A stretch of 63,305 nt of DNA, the filler included. It is 6 parts of 6 records of this genome, joined end to end, with 100 filler letters (N's around TTAATTAATTAA, not from the genome) between each part and the next. Parts side by side here need not be neighbours in the genome. Positions count along the whole stretch, not along the records: positions 7,842 to 23,171 come from SRR31147125_4469; positions 23,272 to 42,715 come from SRR31147125_4516; 4 more parts are not named here. One strand, 5' to 3'. Shown here in pieces: positions 19,964-29,212 of this stretch. Below the pieces are notes generated by a model. The model was not told where the DNA came from and searched no databases. It saw nothing but the letters and a program-made list of their open reading frames with translations. The position numbers and the translations under genes are program-made. Positions within the stretch are counted from its first letter, which is position 1, and each line of letters starts with the position of its first letter.

Positions 19964-20110
19964 CCAAAAGTGCGTTTATTTTAGAGTTATTCTCAAATCA
20001 AGCTACATATATTTATTTAACTGGAAACGTCAAATTATTAAATAACAGTTCATTATAACCGAATGGATTGATTTTAACAACGCCACAGAGCGCAACAGAG
20101 GAGGATTCGA

Positions 20111-20752
20111 ATGTCTCTATTCCAAATCATTATCAAAGGCGGGATCGTTATGATACCCATAGCCCTTTGTTCCGTAATTGCAGTTGCTATCCTTATAGAG
20201 AGACTCATCTCTTTGAGGAAAATACAGATAAACGCACGCACGTTTGTTTTACAGGTTAAAAATCTACTGTTGCGAAAACAAATCAGTGAAGCTCTTATGC
20301 TCTGCAAAGAAACGCCTGGGCCTATTGCCAGCATCACCAAAGCAGGACTGATGAAACATAACCGATCGCGTGATGAAATAAAGGATTCTATTGAAGGAGC
20401 TGCAAAAACAGAAATTTATCATTTGGAACGATATTTAGGGATATTGGGTACAGTAGCAGCCATAGCTCCATTAATAGGTTTTCTCGGTACTGTAACTGGA
20501 ATGATAAAAGCTTTTATGGAAATACAAGCACTTGGCGGCGCTGTGGATGCCGGTGTATTGGCTGGCGGTATATGGGAAGCACTCATCACAACAGCTGCGG
20601 GCTTGACTGTCGGAATCCCGGCATTGATATTTTACAACTGGCTGCAATCCAAAGTAGAGCGCCATGTTTTTGAAATGCAGGAAAGTTCAAATGAACTTTT
20701 AGACATGTTACAGGAAAAGGAGGTTGCCGTTGAAAATAGAAACCTCACGTAA
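20111..20752 (+). CDS. exbB: MotA/TolQ/ExbB proton channel protein
   Basis: GG.VM.P; LGTVAAIAPLIGFLGTVTGMI; GIWEALITTAAGL.V.IPA. Confidence 0.92.
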   Translation: MSLFQIIIKGGIVMIPIALCSVIAVAILIERLISLRKIQINARTFVLQVKNLLLRKQISEALMLCKETPGPIASITKAGLMKHNRSRDEIKDSIEGAAKTEIYHLERYLGILGTVAAIAPLIGFLGTVTGMIKAFMEIQALGGAVDAGVLAGGIWEALITTAAGLTVGIPALIFYNWLQSKVERHVFEMQESSNELLDMLQEKEVAVENRNLT

Positions 20753-21131
20753 AAGAATGGTCGCATTTTCTACCATTTCATTAACAGACATTGTGCTTCT
20801 TTTGCTGATATTCTTTTTACTTACATCCTCTTTTGTAGTTCAACCGGGTATCAAAATTAAATTGCCCAAAGCTGTATCCGGAAAACAGGATGATTCAAAT
20901 AAAATTTTGCTGACTATAACAAAAAAAGAACAAATCTTTGTAAACCAGAAGCAAATCAGTCAAAATGATTTGGGAAACAGATTGCGCCAACTGTTAACGG
21001 AAAATCCGGATAAACTGGTCGTTATTCGAGCGGATAAGGACCTGAGTCTGGAGACCACAATCCGAATTGTGGATACTGCCAAATTAGCCGGGGCAGAGCG
21101 TTTTATGATTGCCACGGAGCAGGGATTATAA
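20730..21131 (+). CDS. exbD: Biopolymer transport protein ExbD/TolR
   Basis: SLTDIVLLLLIFF, I.LPKA, IRADK; probable TTG start after AGGAGG. Confidence 0.92.
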   Translation: MKIETSRKRMVAFSTISLTDIVLLLLIFFLLTSSFVVQPGIKIKLPKAVSGKQDDSNKILLTITKKEQIFVNQKQISQNDLGNRLRQLLTENPDKLVVIRADKDLSLETTIRIVDTAKLAGAERFMIATEQGL

Positions 21132-21141
21132 GGAGCATTTT

Positions 21142-21951
21142 ATGGTTCAATTTCAAGAAATATTTTCAGACCTTAAAAAAACGCTGATTTTTTCCGTTTT
21201 GCTTCATATAATTCTATTAGCCATTTTTCTCATGATCAAAGTAGGTTTTGATTTTTCACCGGCCGATTTCGCAGAAGTCAGTTTTGTTGCCACATCACGT
21301 GGCGCAAGTCGTACACCGGCACCGCAGGTTGTTCAGCCAATCAAACCAAAACCGAAAACAGTCGCATCTCAGGCAGCACCACCCGTTGTACAGAAACAAA
21401 CGCCAAAAAATCAACCTGTTAATTTGCCAAAGCGAAGAATGCTTGAGGAAGATGATACAGAATCCCTGCGTTACCAGACGGGAAAATTGTCTCCAAATGT
21501 AGAAAAGACAGATCTACCGCCATCAACCCGCGATTATGATACCAGGCAGGTCGGTCGTGGATTGACTGAGAGCAATGCAGATGAAAAACTCAATGTAGGT
21601 CCCGGAGAAGCATTTGTTGATGGTAAAGATATGGCACCTTCCAGTGACATTGGCGGGCCAACAGAGTACCAACCTTTTACAATTGAAGGCGACGCTGCCA
21701 AACGCTCGATCTTGAAACAGGTTATTCCGGAATATCCGGAAGGCCTGCAAAAAGAGGCTATCGTGCGAATTCGTTTCACAGTTTTACCAAATGGTTCCGT
21801 TGGACAGACTATACCAGTACAGAAAGGGGATCCTGTTTTGGATGAGATCACCATGCAAGCTCTGCGCAAATGGCGATTTAATCCCCTCTCCCCTGGCGCC
21901 GGACAACAAAAGGCTGAGGGTATTATTACATTTCGTTATGAATTGCAGTGA
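21142..21951 (+). CDS. tonB: Energy transducer TonB
   Basis: TM segment with SVLLH; Pro/Lys-rich linker; C-terminal PEYP...VRIRFTVLPNGSV...ALRKWRFNP. Confidence 0.9.
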   Translation: MVQFQEIFSDLKKTLIFSVLLHIILLAIFLMIKVGFDFSPADFAEVSFVATSRGASRTPAPQVVQPIKPKPKTVASQAAPPVVQKQTPKNQPVNLPKRRMLEEDDTESLRYQTGKLSPNVEKTDLPPSTRDYDTRQVGRGLTESNADEKLNVGPGEAFVDGKDMAPSSDIGGPTEYQPFTIEGDAAKRSILKQVIPEYPEGLQKEAIVRIRFTVLPNGSVGQTIPVQKGDPVLDEITMQALRKWRFNPLSPGAGQQKAEGIITFRYELQ

Positions 21952-22117
21952 TAAAGGGTGGTTAAATCAAGACCATGGTTTATCTGCAAAATCACTTTTT
22001 TTGAAAAATCAGAAATGATTTTTAATCACACGAATGCTGATTTTATGCCTGCAGAGCCATAGAAAAATCTAAAATTCGAATTCTTTATATAGTCTGATAT
22101 CGAATGCCGAATCAGGT

Positions 22118-22177
22118 CATTGAGATAACTATCATTGATCTTTTATTTTGTCAAGATCAATGATAATTCTCTCAATG
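22118..22177. repeat. 25-bp inverted repeat between convergent genes
   Basis: CATTGAGATAACTATCATTGATCTT / AAGATCAATGATAATTCTCTCAATG, 2 mismatches, 10-nt loop. Confidence 0.85.
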
Positions 22178-22218
22178 GAAGCCCCATGAAGATGCTTTAC
22201 TTATGATTTACTCACCAC

Positions 22219-22521
22219 TTATTCATTCTCATAGTTTTTAACTATGGTATCTACTTGTAATGCCAGATTAAAATCGTTTTCTGTTATACCCCCGGCACTA
22301 TGTGTAGAGAGGGTAATAGTCACATTATTCCAGGAATGAATGAGAATGTCCGGATGATGATCCATTGCTTCAGCGAGATCGCCCACTTCATTCACAAATT
22401 TTAACGCTTCCCGGAAATTTAAAAAAGTAATTGTACGAACGATCTCAACATCGTTCAACAATTCCCATTCCTTCACTTTATTTAACCTGTCATTGACCTC
22501 TTGCAAAGGCAATATATCCAT
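22219..22521 (-). CDS. phhB: Pterin-4a-carbinolamine dehydratase
   Basis: F.NF.EALKFVN.VG.LAEAMDHHPDI...LSTHSAGGITENDF.LA; start 22521 after AGGAGAG. Confidence 0.9.
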   Translation of the reverse strand: MDILPLQEVNDRLNKVKEWELLNDVEIVRTITFLNFREALKFVNEVGDLAEAMDHHPDILIHSWNNVTITLSTHSAGGITENDFNLALQVDTIVKNYENE

Positions 22522-23000
22522 GATCCTCTCTCCTACTTGTTCTTGATCTGATTTTAAAAACATTTTTATGTTTTACACTAATCTCTTTTCGTCATAACAA
22601 TTAACCTGAATGATTACTTCCAACAAAATTGGGCGATTTTCAAGATATGCCACAACTTGAAAATATTTTCGGTAAATACTCTACGTATATAATGTTTTTG
22701 AAATAAAAATCTATTATAAACTATTATATTATTTTACTATATTCTATTCTATAATATGCATTAGAGAAAGAATCACACGAATGTAATGTACCTGATATGT
22801 GGTAAAAAAATTATTAGACGATTATCCAATACAAAGGGCAAGTCAATAACCAGATATTAAACTGGTTGTATAACATTCCTTTAGAACTTTTCAAATCAGG
22901 TATCAAATACAGGAACAATATGGGAATTCAACAAGCTCCTGTTTTTGTTAAGTTATAAGATCAATAGTAAAAAAGTCATTCACTTACAGGAACAATATTT

Positions 23001-23171
23001 ATGGATATATTAGAACAAAAACATCAACATCTACGCAATGAGATAAAATCTTACGGTTCTTTAATTGTGGCCTATTCAGGCGGAATTGATAGTGTCTTGT
23101 TATTAAAAGTAGCACATGATGTGTTAAAAGATAATGTATTGGCAGTTACAGCAGATTCTCCTTCAATATCC
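23001..23171 (+). CDS. larE: LarE-like ATP-dependent sacrificial sulfur transferase (partial)
   Basis: PP-loop VAYSGGIDS; VLAVTADSPS; truncated at contig end. Confidence 0.75.
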
Positions 23172-23271
23172 NNNNNNNNNNNNNNNNNNNNNNNNNNNNN
23201 NNNNNNNNNNNNNNNTTAATTAATTAANNNNNNNNNNNNNNNNNNNNNNNNNNNNNNNNNNNNNNNNNNNN
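23172..23271. other. Artificial contig linker
   Basis: Same 100-nt linker. Confidence 0.98.
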
Positions 23272-23724
23272 GAAGAAGGATTAGTTATATATGCTGAAAA
23301 AATTGACTTAAAGTCATATTTAAGGCTAGGCAAGGGTGAAGAACTTAAAGGTCCAAATACCTCTATGATCTCAGATGCCTTTGAAGCACTTATGGGTGCG
23401 ATTTATCTAGATTTAGGATTTTTTGAGACGCAAAAAATCTTTAATCAACTTGTTATTCCGTATGTCAAAGAGGCATGGGGAGATATTAAAGATTACAAAT
23501 CTACACTTCAAGAATATATTCAAAGTGGAGGTAGAAGAAATATCAGTTATCATATCGTTAAGGAAAAAGGTCCATCACATGATCGTATATTTCAAGCGAT
23601 CGTAAAACTTGATCATCATATTATGCTAGGATCAGGGCATGGTAAAACGAAAAAAGAAGCTGAGCAAAATGCTGCAAAAGCAGCACTAAAGAAGGGGAAC
23701 TATGATATTAAAGAAATTATATGA
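23272..23724 (+). CDS. rnc: Ribonuclease III (partial, 5' missing)
   Basis: LGKGE...SDAFEALMGAIYLD; dsRBD DYKSTLQE...GPSH...G.GKTKKEAEQNAA. Confidence 0.95.
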   Translation, partial: EEGLVIYAEKIDLKSYLRLGKGEELKGPNTSMISDAFEALMGAIYLDLGFFETQKIFNQLVIPYVKEAWGDIKDYKSTLQEYIQSGGRRNISYHIVKEKGPSHDRIFQAIVKLDHHIMLGSGHGKTKKEAEQNAAKAALKKGNYDIKEII

Positions 23725-24316
23725 TGATTATGGTTTTTCAATTGAATCTATCCTTTTTAAAGAGTTTCGAAGACTAGATTTAAGTATGCCTGAATTAACC
23801 ATATTAATCGCCCTACTTGATATATATCGTAAGCGACGCACATTTTCGATATTGGCGATTTCAAGAAGAGTTGACTATAATCAGAATGAGATTGCACAAT
23901 ACGTAGAATCACTCATGAATAAAGATTTTATTACATTGTCATTAGATGTTAAAGATGGAAGAGAAAGAGAAGTCTTTCACATGAGTCTTGTTTTTGAACG
24001 AGTTGAAAAATTACTTATCAAAGATATTGAACATAAAAAAAGACAAGCTGTTGAATCAAATATCGGATTAACGATCAAAAGATTTGAACAAGGTCTTGGT
24101 AGAGTCTTAAAATCATATGAACTTGAAAATATTCGTATGTGGTATGATCAGGCAACATATGACCATGATCAAATTATACGTGCGATTGATAGTGCGGGTG
24201 GGAATATGAGTGTTAAGTTTGTTGAACGCATCTTAACACAACAAATCGTACCTAAAAAAGAGATTGATGAAGATATGGACCGTGCACTTGATAACTTATT
24301 TAAGAAGATTAAGTAA
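23702..24316 (+). CDS. dnaD: DnaD-like replication protein
   Basis: N-terminal wHTH, FEQGLGRVL..YELE.I..W motif; sits upstream of nth as in Bacillota. Confidence 0.75.
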   Translation: MILKKLYDDYGFSIESILFKEFRRLDLSMPELTILIALLDIYRKRRTFSILAISRRVDYNQNEIAQYVESLMNKDFITLSLDVKDGREREVFHMSLVFERVEKLLIKDIEHKKRQAVESNIGLTIKRFEQGLGRVLKSYELENIRMWYDQATYDHDQIIRAIDSAGGNMSVKFVERILTQQIVPKKEIDEDMDRALDNLFKKIK

Positions 24317-24948
24317 TGGATAGAGTAGAAAAAATTATTCAAACACTTGATCAGATGTTTCCTGATGCGCATGTAGAACTTACGCATAAGAATCATTTTG
24401 AATTACTGGTTGCTGTCGTTTTAAGCGCACAAACAACTGATGTGAGTGTAAATAAAGTCACTCCAAAGTTATTTGAAGTATATCCAACTCCTTTTGATCT
24501 TGCGAAAGCATCATATCTTAATGTTGAAAAACTCATTAAAACCATTGGTTTATATAGAAATAAATCAAAAAACATTATTAAACTCGCGCAACAACTCGTT
24601 GAACGCTTTGATGGGATTGTACCAAATAATAGAAAAGACTTAGAATCATTGCCTGGTGTTGGCAGAAAAACTGCAAATGTTGTTTTAAGTAATGCATTTG
24701 GAGTACCTGCACTAGCCGTTGATACACATGTAGCAAGAGTTTCAATTCGTTTAGGTTTAGCAAAAAAAGATGACTCTGTTTTGCAAATCGAGAGAAAACT
24801 AAATCGGAAACTACCAAGAACTTCATGGACAAAAATGCATCATCAAATGATATTTTTTGGAAGATATCATTGTTTAGCAAAAAAACCAAAATGTAGCACA
24901 TGTCCTTTGTATGATATATGTAAGTTTAAAGATAAAGATAAATATTAA
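24316..24948 (+). CDS. nth: Endonuclease III
   Basis: LSAQTTD, LPGVGRKTANVV, AVDTHV and C-x6-C-x2-C-x5-C 4Fe-4S motif. Confidence 0.97.
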   Translation: MDRVEKIIQTLDQMFPDAHVELTHKNHFELLVAVVLSAQTTDVSVNKVTPKLFEVYPTPFDLAKASYLNVEKLIKTIGLYRNKSKNIIKLAQQLVERFDGIVPNNRKDLESLPGVGRKTANVVLSNAFGVPALAVDTHVARVSIRLGLAKKDDSVLQIERKLNRKLPRTSWTKMHHQMIFFGRYHCLAKKPKCSTCPLYDICKFKDKDKY

Positions 24949-24985
24949 AAAATGCCTTTGTAGATTATACAAAGGCATTTATTTT
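24947..24985. terminator. Bidirectional intrinsic terminator
   Basis: AAATGCCTTTGTA-gatta-TACAAAGGCATTT between convergent genes. Confidence 0.85.
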
Positions 24986-25949
24986 ATTCAAATGGATAAG
25001 TAAGTGGCATTTCTTGTCTAATTTTATCAAGCAGTGCCATCGATTGTTTAGAATGTTTTAAAGAAACAATTTTATTTTCTAATTGATGATTGAGTACACT
25101 ATCAACAAATGATCTGATTTGATGTGTAAATCCAAGCCCTTCATATTTTATGGGTATACTGTGACCATTAAGTTTTACTTCTTGACAACCATGGAAATCT
25201 TTCATAATAATTTCACCATGTTCAAATTTAAGTACAGCTTTATCACCCAATAGCTTATTGATGCTATATTTTAAAATATATTCAGTTTGATCTTCATCAA
25301 TAATACCAATAATACCAAATCCATCGACTGATGTTTTAGTAAATTGTGCTTTGACACTTAAAGATTTTATAGATGATTTTGATAGGAGTAGATAATAATT
25401 GATTGGATAAACACCCATGTCTAAAAGTCCGCCACCAGCAAGATTTGGATCTAGCAATCGATGATCTGGCTTTTTACCAATGGTCAATGGAAAACCAAAT
25501 GAAACTACAGCTTTTTGTAATTTACCAAGCAATTGATGATCTAAAACAACACGAAGCCATTGTGTTGCAGGTAAAAAGTAAGTCCACATTGCTTCCATCA
25601 TTAAGACTTGATGTTTCTTAGCTTCCTCAATTAAATGATCAAGTTGTTTTTCATTGACTGTAATAGGTTTTTCGATTAAAACATGTTTATGTGCTCTAAT
25701 AAATAGAAGTGCTTGCTCATAATGGAAATTATGAGGTGTTGCAATATAGACTGCATCTATACAATCGCTATTGGCCATATCTTCATATGATGAAAAAACA
25801 TAATCAGGATGATATGTTTTTTTATATGCAGTTGCTTTTTCTGGACTTCTAGCTGCAATGGCACTTAATTTACCATTTTTTAATAGCGATAAGTCATTAA
25901 TAAATTTTTTTGCTATTCCACCAGCCCCAACAATACCAAATCTTAACAT
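24984..25949 (-). CDS. Gfo/Idh/MocA oxidoreductase
   Basis: GIVGAGGIA, VYIATPHNFH, KHVLIEKP, EAMWT, GGGLLDMGVY. Confidence 0.93.
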   Translation of the reverse strand: MLRFGIVGAGGIAKKFINDLSLLKNGKLSAIAARSPEKATAYKKTYHPDYVFSSYEDMANSDCIDAVYIATPHNFHYEQALLFIRAHKHVLIEKPITVNEKQLDHLIEEAKKHQVLMMEAMWTYFLPATQWLRVVLDHQLLGKLQKAVVSFGFPLTIGKKPDHRLLDPNLAGGGLLDMGVYPINYYLLLSKSSIKSLSVKAQFTKTSVDGFGIIGIIDEDQTEYILKYSINKLLGDKAVLKFEHGEIIMKDFHGCQEVKLNGHSIPIKYEGLGFTHQIRSFVDSVLNHQLENKIVSLKHSKQSMALLDKIRQEMPLTYPFE

Positions 25950-26069
25950 ATAAAAACCATCTCCCTTTTCTTCATTTTACCATAGGTTAGATGTTATTGA
26001 TAAAATGCATTTATGGATTTGAATGTTTCAATTCATTTATGATGAAAATAAAAAAATAGGGAGGGCATC

Positions 26070-27274
26070 ATGTTTATTAACTTGGCAGAAATAAAAATGA
26101 ACTTAAAAAAAGAGGGGAGGATTTAGAAAAGAGTCCAATAGGTTCACGTCTTAAGTATGTAAGGAAGCAACTTAAACTAACTTTACAAGAAAGTTCTGAA
26201 GAAATATGTAGTGTATCGTATTTATCAAAAATTGAGAATAACTTGATTAAACCAACTCCTAGATATATTAACAAACTTAAAGAAAAATATCACATGACAG
26301 ATGAAATCACAATGAATGAAAACTATGAAGAGATTTTAGATGACATGCTTGTTGCACTATTTACAAATGAAGTGTATACATATGATAAGAAAACGTATCA
26401 AGACTATCAAGAATATATGTTAACCTATTGTTCATATGTTTTAGAAGGTGCATTTGATAAGACAAAAGATTTGTTTCACGATATGACAATGTTTATTCCA
26501 AATTTACCAAATAAAAGCTTAAATACATTACTTGTGATGACAGCGCATGTCTTGTATTATGATGGTAGGTATAGTGATTCAAAAGCTTTATTAGAACTTA
26601 TGATTGATGAGAAGAATCATGACATGCTTGTTTTATTAAAAGAGAAATATTTATTAAAAAATGCTGTAAAAATGAATCAAATGATTCAATTTGATAACTT
26701 GTATCAAAATTATATAAATCATTTGATTAAAGCACAATATGTCAATGAAATCCCAATTATAAATTTGGAAAAATCTATTATGTATGAATCATATATGTTT
26801 GTTGATAGTTATATATCAAGTCATCGTATTAAAAAAATAAATGAAGAGACAAGAGATCTTATTTACAAAGCTCTTCTTAAACAACAAAAATTTCAAAAAA
26901 TTATTGATTTCACAAAATCAAGTTTAGATGATACAGTGAATCTATACTATTATGTGATTTCTCATCATCATTTAAAAAACAAAAAAGTTGTACAGAAAAT
27001 GTTGCCATATATTCATATTGATAGAAAAAAATATAATGATTATTGGGTCATTATACGACATTTAAGTCACCAATATTTATCAACTAAAGATCAAAAATTA
27101 AACTATCTACGCAATGAATTATTAGGATATAAGCATTTGACAGATGATGTTACAATTTTATATACCATGATGATGGATGCGTTTCATATATTTAAAAAAT
27201 ACTTTTTTTACAAGGAAGCAACTGAAGTAGTATCTACATTTTTACCAAAGATTAAACAATTGATCCATGATTAA
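26070..27274 (+). CDS. XRE-HTH regulator with helical C-terminus, NprR/PlcR-like (apparent 5' frameshift)
   Basis: RBS GGGAGGG and ATG 26070; restoring one A at 26093-26097 joins it to IGSRLKYVRKQLKLTLQESSEEICSVSYLSKIENNLIKP, an HTH missed by the ORF track. Confidence 0.8.
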
Positions 27275-27276
27275 TG

Positions 27277-27307
27277 AAAAGGCCATGAAAATTATTTCAT
27301 GGCCTTT
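27277..27307 (+). terminator. Intrinsic terminator
   Basis: AAAGGCCATGAAA-atta-TTTCATGGCCTTT. Confidence 0.75.
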
Positions 27308-27312
27308 ATTTA

Positions 27313-27341
27313 TTGACTATATGTTTATAATCATATATACT
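27313..27341 (+). promoter_or_regulatory. Sigma70 promoter of ABC operon
   Basis: TTGACT-17 nt-TATACT upstream of the AAGGAG RBS. Confidence 0.7.
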
Positions 27342-27367
27342 GACTTGGGGCAGAAGGAGATTGCGTT

Positions 27368-29212
27368 ATGCGAGTAATTAAACTATTTCGTTTAGCGAAA
27401 GGATTCTGGGTACTATTTGGCGTCGCTGTGTTATTTATTATATTCCACCAATACACATACTCCAATGTACCGTTATTCACACAATATTTAATAAAAACAC
27501 TCATTGAAGATCCTCGTATTATTATAGGAACGGCATCAGTAAGTGAGGTTAATCTACCACCATTTGTTATTCGTTTTTTTGAGCAAGGCGTTGATACGCT
27601 TGACATCATCATTAGAATTGCATTAGGGTTAATCATACTGCAAGTATTCCGCTTCACCATGAGATTTTTTGAAATGTGGATCAAAAGTGATTTATTCGAA
27701 AGGATGAGTGAACATCATCGTAAAAAGATGTATAGACACATTCAATCACTTGATTATTCTTTTCATAATAACGTGGACACAGGGGATTTAATTCAAAGAG
27801 TAACTACTGACATTGAAACTGTAACTAATTTTCTAACAAGAAGAATGTTAGATTTTATTTATTTAATCGTTACAGTTTATTTTGGTGCATATCAATTAAT
27901 TAAATTAAATCCAACAATGGTTTATGTATCTTTTACGGTACTTCCATTAATTGGGATTGCTTCGATTATCTATTTTAAGAAAGTAGATAAACTTTTTGTT
28001 CAAATTGAAGAAGTAGAAGCTGAAATGATTACGGTTGTTCAAGAAAATCTAGCAGGTTTGAAAGTTGTTCGAGCATTTGCTAATGAATCATTTGAACTAA
28101 AGAAAATGGATCATAAAAATAGAGCACATACTGATTCTATGATTAAAGCAAATAAAATCATTGCTTTATATTGGGGAAGTATGGATTTACTTTCTATTGG
28201 ACAATATTTAATGATTATTGCGATTGGTGTATATGCTGTTAGAAATCAAACGATGGATGCAGCTGGTGTGATTGCAGCACTGCAACTTGTTGGTATGCTC
28301 ATTTGGCCTATTCGAGGACTTGGAAGACTCATTAATGATTTTGGAAAATCATTAGTGTCATCTGATCGTATTCATGAAATATATGATAAAAAAAGTGAAT
28401 TTGAATCTGATGGAACAAAAGAAATTCAAGTGAAAGGTGATATTGAATTCAAACATGTATCATTTAAATTTGATGATAGTGAAAAAAGTTTACTTAAAGA
28501 TGTTAGTTTTCATATCAAACCTGGTGAAACGGTTGCGATTATCGGTCGAACCGGATCAGGAAAATCTACAATTATTAACTTATTAATGCGTATGTATGAA
28601 TATCAAGATGGTGACATTCTTATTGATGGTCATTCACTGCGTACACTCAATAAAAAACATATCCGTTCACAAATGGGTGTTGTTTTACAAGAACCATTTT
28701 TATTCTCTAAAACAGTGTTTGAAAACATTGCGATTAGAAATAAGAAGATGAATCAAGAAAATGTATATCAAGCAGCCACGCAAGCAGCATTACAAAAAGA
28801 TATTGATACATTTAAACAAGGTTATAATACAATCGTTGGTGAAAAAGGAACAACATTATCGGGTGGACAAAAACAAAGAGTTGCTATCGCTAGAGTATTA
28901 GTTGAAAATCATCCAATACTTATTTTTGATGATGCACTAAGTGCTGTCGATACGCAAACAGATTTAATGATTCGTCAAGCATTGCTTGAAAAGAATTATC
29001 AACACACGACCATCATTATTACACATCGTATTACAACTGCAAAAGAGGCAGATAAAATTATTGTATTAAATGAAGGTGTTGTTGAACACATTGGTACACA
29101 TGAAACGCTTAAAAACATTGATGGCCTATATCAAACATTATGGCACATTCAAGGTAAGTTAGAAGAAGCATTTGAGGAAATTATAAAGGCAGGTGATCAA
29201 GATGTATCATGA
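27368..29212 (+). CDS. ABC exporter permease/ATPase, heterodimer subunit 1
   Basis: TM domain, GRTGSGKS, LSGGQKQR, degenerate Walker B FDD. Confidence 0.95.
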   Translation: MRVIKLFRLAKGFWVLFGVAVLFIIFHQYTYSNVPLFTQYLIKTLIEDPRIIIGTASVSEVNLPPFVIRFFEQGVDTLDIIIRIALGLIILQVFRFTMRFFEMWIKSDLFERMSEHHRKKMYRHIQSLDYSFHNNVDTGDLIQRVTTDIETVTNFLTRRMLDFIYLIVTVYFGAYQLIKLNPTMVYVSFTVLPLIGIASIIYFKKVDKLFVQIEEVEAEMITVVQENLAGLKVVRAFANESFELKKMDHKNRAHTDSMIKANKIIALYWGSMDLLSIGQYLMIIAIGVYAVRNQTMDAAGVIAALQLVGMLIWPIRGLGRLINDFGKSLVSSDRIHEIYDKKSEFESDGTKEIQVKGDIEFKHVSFKFDDSEKSLLKDVSFHIKPGETVAIIGRTGSGKSTIINLLMRMYEYQDGDILIDGHSLRTLNKKHIRSQMGVVLQEPFLFSKTVFENIAIRNKKMNQENVYQAATQAALQKDIDTFKQGYNTIVGEKGTTLSGGQKQRVAIARVLVENHPILIFDDALSAVDTQTDLMIRQALLEKNYQHTTIIITHRITTAKEADKIIVLNEGVVEHIGTHETLKNIDGLYQTLWHIQGKLEEAFEEIIKAGDQDVS

